Positions 29,373 to 37,333 of a stretch of DNA of 64,000 nucleotides are shown in pieces. The translations under genes were made by a program, and so were the position numbers. Position 1 is the stretch's first letter, and each line of letters opens with the position of its first letter. Source of the DNA: a virus; the IMG/VR virus record IMGVR_UViG_3300028274_000006, positions 1-64,000 of that record; one strand, given 5' to 3'. Below the pieces are notes generated by a model, which made no database searches, was not told the origin of the DNA, and saw nothing but the letters and a program-made list of their open reading frames with translations.

Positions 29373-31076
29373 ATGAAAGACATATCGGTAGTTCTTATTG
29401 CCAAAAACGAGGAGAAGACTCTCCCCAGACTCCTAGAGTCATTAAAGGGCATTAACGATATTGTCTTAGTAGATACTGGATCCACAGACAACACGGTCAA
29501 GATTGCTAGAGATGCCGGTTGTAATGTTGAGGAGGTTGGAGACAGATTTAAGATAGGCCCCACTCAAGAACAAATAGATAGTTGGAAGAAAGACTACGGC
29601 ATGGAGCCTAGCTTTAAGTTGGGAGAGAAATACTTTCATTATGCCAACGCCAGAAACTATGCGGCCTCATTAGCTAAGAACGATTGGGTCTTTAGTGCTG
29701 ATTGTGACGAGGCGATAGATTGGGACTTAGATAAGGTTAGAGAAGCCATCCAAGATGAAGACCATTTAACTTACAGGTTTTGCTATACACACAACCCAGA
29801 TGGGAGTTGTGCCTTAGAGTTTCAGCAGTGCAAGATGTACCGCAAGTCTAAACTTAAATGGACTAAGTGGATCCATGAGGTTTTAACTGAAATTGAGCCA
29901 TGCAAACCTCCTAAGTATTGTGACTTTATTTATCACAACCACTGGCAGAACCCAGAGAGTAAGAGAGGACACTACCTACCAGGCTTAGAACTATCCGTGC
30001 TAGATCAACCAAATGATGACAGGAATGTTTATTATTTAGGCCGTGAGTATCTATGGAGCAAGAAGTACCAGGAGGCGATTGTATTCTTAGAGAAGGCTTC
30101 TGAGTTATCACAATGGATGCCAGAGAAAAGCCAAGCTCATGTTTTTATGGGAGAGGCTTATGAACACCTGGGAGATATCAATAAAGCTATAGATTGTTAT
30201 TTAAAGGCCATATCTGTTTACGGGCTAAGACGAGAGCCGTACTGGAGCTTAGGACAAGCCTATGAAAAGCTAAAGAGGCCAAGCGAAGCTAAGGTATGGT
30301 ATCAGGCGGCTTTAGGTGTTGAATATAATCCACAAGGCTATTTAACTGAAATGACATATTATGAGTGGAGAATACCAGATCAACTAGCCACTCTTTCAAG
30401 CGATAAAGAAGAATGCAAGAAGTGGTGGGTAGAATCGTTAAAACACAATCCAGACAAAAGAATTCTAAACAACGTTAAGTATTTCTATGACACACCACTA
30501 ATCTCAATCATTGTACCGGTGGTGCGTAAAGAAGGATTTAAGAGACTGACTGAATCAATCAAAGAGAACACCGTCTATCCTAACTATGAGATTATTTGCA
30601 GAGATGAGGATGGCACAGCCATCAAGAAGTTCAACGATGGTGTTAGGGAGTCTAAGGGCGAGTTTATTGTTTTCTTAGCAGATGACACTGAGGTAATGTT
30701 GGGGTGGCTAACTCAAGCATTTGTACACTTTAAAGAGAATCTTCATGGTAAGGGGATAGTCGTATTAAACGATGAGGGATGGAAGGAAAGCATTGCCCAT
30801 CACTTTCTAATTTCTAGAAACTGTTTAGACGATCTTGAGAACAACGAGATATTTTACAGAGGATACAACCACTGTGGCGTTGATGTAGAACTAGCAGCTC
30901 AAATGAAGAAGCGGGGTCTCTATACTTACTGCAAGGATGCCGGGCTGAAGCACTATCACTATTGTCTATCTACTAGGGGAGTTGAACCCAACAAAAGAGA
31001 TGGGTGGTATAAAAAGGTAGACGCCTGGAGAGAAGACGATAAGAAGCTTCTAGATGAAAGACTGGAAAAGATATGA
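29373..31076 (+). CDS. GT2-TPR-GT2 glycosyltransferase (protein-glycosylating type)
   Basis: AKNEE, VDTGSTD, ARN, DCDE, IHE; TPR helices (YYLGREY...); second GT-A domain (FLADD). Confidence 0.88.
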   Translation: MKDISVVLIAKNEEKTLPRLLESLKGINDIVLVDTGSTDNTVKIARDAGCNVEEVGDRFKIGPTQEQIDSWKKDYGMEPSFKLGEKYFHYANARNYAASLAKNDWVFSADCDEAIDWDLDKVREAIQDEDHLTYRFCYTHNPDGSCALEFQQCKMYRKSKLKWTKWIHEVLTEIEPCKPPKYCDFIYHNHWQNPESKRGHYLPGLELSVLDQPNDDRNVYYLGREYLWSKKYQEAIVFLEKASELSQWMPEKSQAHVFMGEAYEHLGDINKAIDCYLKAISVYGLRREPYWSLGQAYEKLKRPSEAKVWYQAALGVEYNPQGYLTEMTYYEWRIPDQLATLSSDKEECKKWWVESLKHNPDKRILNNVKYFYDTPLISIIVPVVRKEGFKRLTESIKENTVYPNYEIICRDEDGTAIKKFNDGVRESKGEFIVFLADDTEVMLGWLTQAFVHFKENLHGKGIVVLNDEGWKESIAHHFLISRNCLDDLENNEIFYRGYNHCGVDVELAAQMKKRGLYTYCKDAGLKHYHYCLSTRGVEPNKRDGWYKKVDAWREDDKKLLDERLEKI

Positions 31077-31279
31077 CTAATAGTGACACACTTAAATACC
31101 GAGTAGAGCAGCTAGAAAAGAAATATGACTCTTTAGATAATAAGTTAGATAAGATCATGACCAACCATTTACCTCATATTGAACTAGAGTTAGTTAAATT
31201 TGGAACTAAACAAAAAGTGTATACTGCTCTTAACATAGGAGCTATTATAGTAGGTATATTGGCAACTAAATTCTTATGA
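31073..31279 (+). CDS. Coiled-coil plus TM protein, holin/hemolysin-like
   Basis: RVEQLE...TNHLPH; C-terminal TM; lies in the lysis region. Confidence 0.55.
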   Translation: MTNSDTLKYRVEQLEKKYDSLDNKLDKIMTNHLPHIELELVKFGTKQKVYTALNIGAIIVGILATKFL

Positions 31280-31704
31280 GAACACGCAGCCTAACAGATA
31301 TATTATCAAGTGTTATTTTAATAATCATGATTACTTGTCTTGGGATACTAATTTTTCTCTTAGCTTTTCCTTATAAAGTAATTGAGTTTAAATCAGTTAC
31401 TCCATTGAAAGAAAGTTACAAAGCAGGGGAGGTGTTTGATTTAGAAATAAGTTATTGTAAATATTTGCCGTTAAGTGCAAGAATGACCAGGCAATTTATA
31501 GATGGTGTTATTTATACCTTACCGGAGATAATTTCAGGAAACGCCCCAAGTGGTTGTGGAACAAATATAGCTAAAGATATTAATATTCCATTAGAATTAA
31601 CTCCAGGAACTTACTATTACAAACAAACAATGACCTACAAAGTAAATCCCATTAGGGAGGTGGTGGTGGAGTTTCAAACACCAACATTTGAGGTAATAAA
31701 ATGA
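31276..31704 (+). CDS. Membrane-anchored protein
   Basis: N-terminal TM, Cys pair. Confidence 0.6.
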   Translation: MRTRSLTDILSSVILIIMITCLGILIFLLAFPYKVIEFKSVTPLKESYKAGEVFDLEISYCKYLPLSARMTRQFIDGVIYTLPEIISGNAPSGCGTNIAKDINIPLELTPGTYYYKQTMTYKVNPIREVVVEFQTPTFEVIK

Positions 31705-32660
31705 ATTACCCAGTAAAGAAAGTCTATGTAACTCAGAAGTGGGGTGTTAATGCCTCAATATATGCCAGGTTTGGTTTTAAAGGACACAATGGAGTTGATT
31801 TCAGACTATTTAACGAGAACGGAGTTAAGGCATCTACTTGCTTATTGTTTGCTCCTCATGATGGAGTTGTAAAAGAAAGACGTTATGACGCTAACGGTTA
31901 TGGCAATTACCTCAAGATAGAGTCGTCTAAAGAGGGCTCAGTACTAGGACACTTAAAAGAATTTAAAGTAAATATTAACAAACAGGTCAAAGAAGGAGAT
32001 CTGATCGGAATTTGTAACAACACCGGATGGAGTAGTGGACCACATTTACACTGGGGCTACTATAGAAATCCAAGAAACAGATCTAATGGTTATGGAGGTA
32101 CCATTGATCCTACTCCTTATATAAAACCTTCAACTACTATGACAAACAAACTACTAGAACACATGGAAGTTAAATCAGAGGATGAAGGCATCCAGGTATG
32201 GGATAAAGAGACAGCTTTCTTAGAAAGTGAGCGAAAAAAAAATAGGGGACTCTCAGAAGAAGTTGAAAGACTCAAAGCAGACAACTCAGAATACTACGCA
32301 CAAGCCGAGCTTCGGAAAAAGGATCTTCAGAAGTTTCTTGAAGCACTTGCTAAAAAGCTGTTCTTACCTGCTAAAAGCGATCAAACGGACATTCTTGGCT
32401 CTATTGAGAGACTACTAAAAGTAGAAGATCAATTAACTGATGCTAACAAGACCATTTCCAAGAAAGAGGCTGAGTTTGCTAAGAAAGAGGTGGAATGGAA
32501 AACAGAGATTGATGAACTTAAATCAATGTTAGAGAAGGCTAATAATCGGATAGATAAATTAGAGCAGGATATGGAGGCTGGTAATGAAGAAAAAGCCTCT
32601 TTTAACCTATTTCGTGAGCTTGTAAGGCGTATTAGTGAATTAATGAAAGGTAAAAAATGA
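31701..32660 (+). CDS. Endolysin, M23 peptidase plus coiled-coil tail
   Basis: HNGVD, GYGNY, GHL, SSGPHLH. Confidence 0.85.
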   Translation: MNYPVKKVYVTQKWGVNASIYARFGFKGHNGVDFRLFNENGVKASTCLLFAPHDGVVKERRYDANGYGNYLKIESSKEGSVLGHLKEFKVNINKQVKEGDLIGICNNTGWSSGPHLHWGYYRNPRNRSNGYGGTIDPTPYIKPSTTMTNKLLEHMEVKSEDEGIQVWDKETAFLESERKKNRGLSEEVERLKADNSEYYAQAELRKKDLQKFLEALAKKLFLPAKSDQTDILGSIERLLKVEDQLTDANKTISKKEAEFAKKEVEWKTEIDELKSMLEKANNRIDKLEQDMEAGNEEKASFNLFRELVRRISELMKGKK

Positions 32661-32839
32661 AAAGACTAACACCAAAAGCAAAAGAGAAGTTTTTTAAGAA
32701 TCTCTTAAAGTTTACTGCACCAGGATTGGCTGCCGTATTTGGACAACTAGCACTAGGTGCTGATTGGAAAACAGCAGGTATTACTGGGTTGTTGGTAACC
32801 TATGGAGTAGCCAGTGACTTCTTTAGTAAAGTGAAATGA
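32657..32839 (+). CDS. Probable holin
   Basis: 60 aa, two hydrophobic segments, follows the endolysin. Confidence 0.6.
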   Translation: MKRLTPKAKEKFFKNLLKFTAPGLAAVFGQLALGADWKTAGITGLLVTYGVASDFFSKVK

Positions 32840-33012
32840 AACGAAAAAGCAAAGAATGCCCTAAGTGTAAAGCTAAGTATCAAACTTGGGTTGAATTAGA
32901 TGGGCCGCATGAATGTTTTAACGAGTTTGGATTTACAGACTATGGCATCCCTATCTATGTAGAGACTTGTACTGCTTGTAGGCAGGAAAAAGATCTAGTT
33001 GACAACAGGTAG
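32836..33012 (+). CDS. Small zinc-finger protein (58 aa)
   Basis: CPKC...CTAC; ATGA overlap with upstream stop. Confidence 0.5.
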   Translation: MKRKSKECPKCKAKYQTWVELDGPHECFNEFGFTDYGIPIYVETCTACRQEKDLVDNR

Positions 33013-33028
33013 TCTGAGTTGATATTCT
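32999..33028 (+). promoter_or_regulatory. Sigma70-type promoter
   Basis: TTGACA-18nt-TATTCT with TG extension. Confidence 0.6.
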
Positions 33029-33034
33029 AGACAT

Positions 33035-33118
33035 AGGTTTAGACACAATCTCGTTTTTTGTTCTGACTGGGGCAGTCTAAACCTTAGTCACAGTCGGAGC
33101 AGAACACGGGATTTTTTT
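33035..33118 (+). promoter_or_regulatory. Pseudoknotted leader / attenuator-like RNA
   Basis: 23-bp stem 33047-33069/33091-33113 plus U-tract; loop GTCTAAACCT pairs with AGGTTTAGAC at 33035-33044. Confidence 0.75.
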
Positions 33119-33463
33119 ATGCCCAAATCACAACAGCAAAAGTTACAAGCAATCATAGAGTATGCGGTGAAGCAGGGATATAAACCGTCTTTTATTCCAG
33201 ACTGGAAAAACTTAGAGGTAATTAAGTTGTCTAACGAGTGGATTTTAGATAACGATGGAATAATTAGAGCTTCTATTAATGGGATTCTCTTTTCTCATAA
33301 ATTTTCTAAGGCTATGTTTCCAGATTGTGATTGTGAGAAAGAACATCCACAGCAAGATATTTATCATCCCCCATTATCAAAATGGAAAATGCACTTGAGT
33401 AATGCCGTGCTTAGCAAAGACCCAATCCAATACTACTATGACTACATTAAGGGGATAGAATGA
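33119..33463 (+). CDS. Phage hypothetical protein
   Basis: LFSHKFSKAMF, WKMHL...DPIQY. Confidence 0.65.
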   Translation: MPKSQQQKLQAIIEYAVKQGYKPSFIPDWKNLEVIKLSNEWILDNDGIIRASINGILFSHKFSKAMFPDCDCEKEHPQQDIYHPPLSKWKMHLSNAVLSKDPIQYYYDYIKGIE

Positions 33464-33603
33464 CAGATAAAGATAGATGGTACATAAAAATGAAATTGAA
33501 GATAGCAGCACTAAGAGGAATGGCTAGAGGACTAAATAGCTCAGAGGAAAACCTTGATAGACTAGAAGAAAAACTAGAAGAAACTAAACCAGAAACAAGC
33601 TAA
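33460..33603 (+). CDS. Small hypothetical protein (47 aa)
   Basis: ATGA overlap with upstream stop. Confidence 0.45.
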   Translation: MTDKDRWYIKMKLKIAALRGMARGLNSSEENLDRLEEKLEETKPETS

Positions 33604-33624
33604 GTAGACTTGTTGCAGATTAAC

Positions 33625-33728
33625 ATTGAGTGTTTTGTGCGGGATGCAGCTGGAGAAAGAGTGGTAGGACACTGCGCGAAAGCGAACCAGTAGGAGTGCA
33701 AATCTCAGTGCCGCACCAAGCACTTAAT
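33625..33728 (+). ncRNA. Array unit 1: tRNA-like RNA in an 18-bp closing helix
   Basis: 33625-33642/33711-33728 pair; CGC-GAAA-GCG hairpin; GAG-TGCAAAT-CTC T-arm-like; ...CCGCACCA. Confidence 0.7.
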
Positions 33729-33739
33729 AGAACTTTAAC

Positions 33740-33888
33740 ATCGGATATTTTGTGGGTATGAGGAATAGGCTCAAACTCTAGTAGATATATTAGACGTTAA
33801 GGAGGACGCGAACCCAGCGGAGGATATAACGCAGATCGGACTGCGAGGGTAGTACAACGAATTGCCTCATACCTACTAAGTATCTGAT
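33740..33888 (+). ncRNA. Array unit 2: structured RNA in a 24-bp closing helix
   Basis: 33740-33763/33865-33888 pair 23/24; GGAATAGG D-loop-like; internal hairpins such as CGCAG/CTGCG. Confidence 0.7.
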
Positions 33889-33900
33889 TGCTCATTAACA
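33889..33900 (+). promoter_or_regulatory. boxA-like antitermination motif (related motifs at 33614-33625, 33729-33740, 34100-34111)
   Basis: TGCTCATTAACA vs E. coli rrn boxA TGCTCTTTAACA (11/12); all four motifs end in TTAACA. Confidence 0.6.
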
Positions 33901-34100
33901 GAAGATTGAGAGTGTGGATGGCGGAATAGGTAGACGCTAGTTTGGAGTTAGATTGTTTGTATCGTGTCTTAATGCTAGAACTTCAGCAGTCCAAACAATC
34001 ATGCAAGGTGACTATACGAGTCGGAAACCTACAGAAGTGATTCGTTCACGGTTAAACAGATAATCTCGGCAAATCCTTGCTCCACACTCTTAGTCTTTTG
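33899..34100 (+). ncRNA. Array unit 3: tRNA(Leu)-like RNA with anticodon-loop and T-loop insertions
   Basis: Acceptor GTGTGGA/TCCACAC extended to 20 bp; D arm TGGCGGAATAGGTAGACGC; T stem GCAAGG/CCTTGC split by a 59-nt insert. Confidence 0.75.
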
Positions 34101-34111
34101 ACTAATTAACA

Positions 34112-34412
34112 TAATACCGACTGGAGTTTAAACTGCTGAGGTCGGTTCACAGAAAAGGAAGCAGGCTTACAAGATTGATGAGTCTAGCAGCATCTAGAAT
34201 GGCGTCTTGCATAAGTAATTGTACGAAAGCGGGTAGATGTACCTTATAAAGATTGGAGGACTACCCCCCCAAGATTGAAAAACTATCTTGGTTGCTTTGA
34301 CCCGATTAGTAATGTGATCGGCTATGCAGAAGTAATCTTTAAACGGAGTACCTTAGATATTCTAGTGGCGTTTGCATTAACCTTTGGGTTAAACCATAAA
34401 CTATAAGGTAAC
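34112..34412 (+). ncRNA. Array unit 4: ~300-nt multi-stem RNA
   Basis: ORF-free; TACCTTATA/TATAAGGTA, AAAGATTG/TAATCTTT, CCAAGAT/ATCTTGG, CCGATTA/TGATCGG, TTAACC/GGTTAA. Confidence 0.55.
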
Positions 34413-34440
34413 AATTTAAATAGCATGAAGTAAAGCACGA

Positions 34441-34510
34441 TGTGCTATAATAACAATATTGCAACATAATACCGAGACGGAAGTTAAAAACCCATCCCTG
34501 GGTTGCAATA
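34441..34510 (+). promoter_or_regulatory. Extended -10 promoter and leader hairpin
   Basis: TGTGCTATAAT, then TATTGCAAC/GTTGCAATA 9-bp stem. Confidence 0.6.
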
Positions 34511-34539
34511 AGTAATGTTTAGTAAAGAAAGGTAAAGTC

Positions 34540-34791
34540 ATGTCAAAAGACTTCCAACCAGCGACGTTAGAAAACGTCAACCATGAACAAATAGAGAGTG
34601 TTTTTAATACTCTTGTAGGTCAATCTATGGAGCTTATAGAAGCTATAGGATTGTCCGAAAAACAAGAAAAGGCTTTTAAGGCTCAATTAAAGCGACTAAT
34701 TTATACTTCATTAGATGATGTATTTAATATTGAGTTTGATGTTGATTCAACTAGTTATGCTGGAATTCACGACAATGTCAATAATAGCTAG
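34540..34791 (+). CDS. Hypothetical acidic protein
   Basis: GAAAGGT RBS; 83 aa. Confidence 0.65.
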   Translation: MSKDFQPATLENVNHEQIESVFNTLVGQSMELIEAIGLSEKQEKAFKAQLKRLIYTSLDDVFNIEFDVDSTSYAGIHDNVNNS

Positions 34792-34975
34792 TAGATATTT
34801 CCCTCTACCTCCAAAACCAATAAAAGATAAAAAGATTAAGAAGTTTAGAAGATGTATTTTATGTAACTGTAAAAAGGATGATTATTGGAAAGTATGTAAA
34901 AAATGTGCAAAATTAAAAGAGGGTAAGAGATTTATAAAACGACTTTGGAAAAGAAAAAAAAGAAAAGAGTAAACA

Positions 34976-35353
34976 ATGAACAAACTAATAGATCAGATAT
35001 TAGAGAGGGTAAAAGAAAGATTTTCAGAAAACACTGGTGATAGGGATGGCTATTATGTTGATGAAAATGTGAGAATACCAGACATTCAACAATTCCTCAA
35101 AACAGAACTAGAGGATTTAATAGAAAAGGTGAGGGAGGAAAGCAAGTGGGAAGGTAAAAATGAATACTATTTTAATAGTCCAGAATATCTCACAAAAAGA
35201 GCACATCAATTAGCTTGCACCGTCTCACAGCGTTGGAATGAAAACAACTATAACAACAGTAGGAAGAGTTTTATTGAAGAAATGACCAGGCTTTCAAATG
35301 AGCTTGTGTCGGTAACGAAAAAAATAAGAAATACAAAAGAATTAGAAAAATAA
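34976..35353 (+). CDS. Hypothetical protein
   Basis: 125-aa ORF in small-gene cluster. Confidence 0.55.
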   Translation: MNKLIDQILERVKERFSENTGDRDGYYVDENVRIPDIQQFLKTELEDLIEKVREESKWEGKNEYYFNSPEYLTKRAHQLACTVSQRWNENNYNNSRKSFIEEMTRLSNELVSVTKKIRNTKELEK

Positions 35354-35518
35354 ACAAAGGTAAATCTAATATGAATAAGACTAAGAAATGGAACATTAGT
35401 TGCTTAATTTGCAAGGAAGAAGCCGATGTAATTAATTGTGGATTTTCTCTTTGTGAAGAACACAATAAAAAGTTTAAGATGGGCTTCGGTAAAACCATCG
35501 CTATAATGAAAGAAGAAA

Positions 35519-35701
35519 ATGAACAAAACCAACCCAGAAAGTAGACCAATAAAAAAATATCAAGTTTGGCAAAGAGAACATAGTAGCACTTGGTATTTCA
35601 ATGAGTTTGATTCGTTGAAAGAAGCCATAGAGTCTGAAAGATATGGTGATTTTTTTATTACTGCATTAGTTAATTACGAAGTTAAGGAGAGAAATGAATA
35701 A
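35519..35701 (+). CDS. Hypothetical protein
   Basis: 60-aa ORF. Confidence 0.5.
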   Translation: MNKTNPESRPIKKYQVWQREHSSTWYFNEFDSLKEAIESERYGDFFITALVNYEVKERNE

Positions 35702-35981
35702 GACTAATTGGAGAGAAGCATTTGAAGAATTAGTAAGAAAGGGAGAGTTTTCTTATTATCCTGGTGAGGGATTGAAGGAATTAAATAGAGAAAACCTGTT
35801 TAACTTCATAGAATCTCTCCTACAAGAACAGAAGGCAGAACTAAGAGATAAGGTGTCGGGGATGAGTTGCGATTTATGCGGTGAAGAAAATAAGATGTGG
35901 GATAATAAGTTAGAGAAGATGATCCCTTGCGATGGATTTAAGCACAAAGTCTTATCATTAATAAACAAGGAGAAGAAATGA
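35694..35981 (+). CDS. Hypothetical protein
   Basis: GGAGAGAA RBS. Confidence 0.55.
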   Translation: MNKTNWREAFEELVRKGEFSYYPGEGLKELNRENLFNFIESLLQEQKAELRDKVSGMSCDLCGEENKMWDNKLEKMIPCDGFKHKVLSLINKEKK

Positions 35982-36147
35982 AAAAAACATTAAAACTACT
36001 GTTTGTTAATCCAGATACAACTGTGATTAGTACTCTGGATTCTGCAATAGAGGGTTTTGCTATTAAAGTAGTTGCCGAGCACAATCTTAAACAGGCATAC
36101 ATTGTTGATACAGGAATAGAAGTAGAGTCAGATAAAAATAAAAAGTA

Positions 36148-36414
36148 ATGTTTACTTACTACCCATCCACGAGCTTCACAGGTTGGAATCTAGGCTTAGA
36201 GAACTACAGTATCTACATAGGAGTCCCTAAGAAGTACCTCTTTGCTAAACAGGGATATCCTAGAAGGATTCAGGTAGAATATAATGGCGATACTCGGATA
36301 GTAAGCATAGAAGATCAGGCCTTAGAGAAGGAACAGATCCAACAACTAGACACACCAATGCCGCACATATTAATCTACTTCAAGTGGGAGGATAGAGATG
36401 AAAATAGCATTTGA
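36148..36414 (+). CDS. Hypothetical protein
   Basis: 88-aa ORF. Confidence 0.5.
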   Translation: MFTYYPSTSFTGWNLGLENYSIYIGVPKKYLFAKQGYPRRIQVEYNGDTRIVSIEDQALEKEQIQQLDTPMPHILIYFKWEDRDENSI

Positions 36415-36736
36415 CGTAGACGACACACTCATCATTCCAAGCGTTGCAACTGGTTTGGACATTGATACGCCAAACTATGACACCATCGCCTTATATAGGT
36501 TGTTTCAGTCTCAAGGCAACTACATGATTATCTGGTCTGGTTCTGGTATGGACTGGGCTGCTAGGTGGGGTGAGAAGCTAGGATTGCAACCAGATGAGAT
36601 TAGACCAAAGGAGAAGTCGGATGATGTAGACATCGCTTTTGATGATTGTGATGTAGACCTGGCAAAAGTAAATATAAAAGTGAGAAGATTAAATAACACC
36701 ATAAGTAGGAAAGACTGGAATAAAAACAGTAAATGA
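36398..36736 (+). CDS. Small HAD-superfamily phosphatase
   Basis: IAFDVDDTL motif I, IIWSG motif II, AFDD motif IV. Confidence 0.8.
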   Translation: MKIAFDVDDTLIIPSVATGLDIDTPNYDTIALYRLFQSQGNYMIIWSGSGMDWAARWGEKLGLQPDEIRPKEKSDDVDIAFDDCDVDLAKVNIKVRRLNNTISRKDWNKNSK

Positions 36737-36889
36737 ACCAACTTGAAAAACACTTAGAGAAACTACGCCAGGATTGGAAACGCTATCCCTCTCGTAGAAA
36801 AGCAATAGAGATAATAGCTAAGAACTTAAAGAAGAAGCAACCAAGAAAACTTATAGACGATGTAAAGGAAACGCTGCTATAATGACTAC

Positions 36890-36964
36890 AGCCGCCGCAG
36901 GTTCTCTCCAGATACTTCAGGCGGCTTCTAAAGAAGGGCGATTCGGGCAGGGTCGTCCTTTTTT
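36890..36964 (+). ncRNA. Candidate ~75-nt sRNA with anti-RBS loop
   Basis: TGCTATAAT at 36875-36883; AGCCGCC/GGCGGCT hairpin; terminator 36934-36964. Confidence 0.65.
36934..36964 (+). terminator. Intrinsic terminator
   Basis: AAGGGCGATTC/GGGTCGTCCTT stem plus T-run. Confidence 0.75.
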
Positions 36965-36981
36965 ATTGGCTTAAACTGCTA

Positions 36982-37010
36982 TTGACAGTTGTAAACATAT
37001 ACCTTATACT
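36982..37010 (+). promoter_or_regulatory. Near-consensus sigma70 promoter (probable early promoter)
   Basis: TTGACA-17nt-TATACT. Confidence 0.8.
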
Positions 37011-37043
37011 ACAATTAGTAATAAACATAAAAGGAGAGAACTT

Positions 37044-37187
37044 ATGTCAATACCTATGAACGGAGACTGCTACCAAGACTTTAATAAAGTAGAGACTGCT
37101 GAACCAGACGATACTTGTTATGAGGACTGGAAGTTTGAGCAAGAATACGAACCAGTAATAGCTACAATTTATGGGGAGGACTGCTAA
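37044..37187 (+). CDS. Small acidic protein (47 aa)
   Basis: AAGGAG RBS; MSIPMNGDCYQD...YGEDC*. Confidence 0.6.
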   Translation: MSIPMNGDCYQDFNKVETAEPDDTCYEDWKFEQEYEPVIATIYGEDC

Positions 37188-37333
37188 TGAAAACTCAACT
37201 AGAAATAGCCATTGAAAACCTAGATGAAGCGTTAGACTCATTTGATAGCGAAGTAGATAAGATTAAGAGCTTAGTAGCATCTTCTCTAATTTATTTAAGA
37301 GAATACAAGCACTATGAAGAAAGGAATGAATAA
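37187..37333 (+). CDS. Small acidic protein (48 aa)
   Basis: TAATG coupling; GGAGG RBS. Confidence 0.6.
   Translation: MKTQLEIAIENLDEALDSFDSEVDKIKSLVASSLIYLREYKHYEERNE

Noticed and set aside
33912-34088. Canonical functional tRNA-Leu
   Set aside because: No 7-nt anticodon loop, interrupted T loop, no TTC, no encoded CCA; reported as tRNA-like ncRNA instead.
33614-34111. CRISPR array suggested by the periodic TTAACA motif
   Set aside because: The repeat is only ~6-12 nt and degenerate, intervals are ~115-210 nt and self-complementary, and no cas genes are present.
34175-34230. Hammerhead ribozyme (TTGATGAG...CGAAA)
   Set aside because: Core starts UUGAUGA rather than CUGAUGA, and GAAA does not directly follow the candidate stem II.
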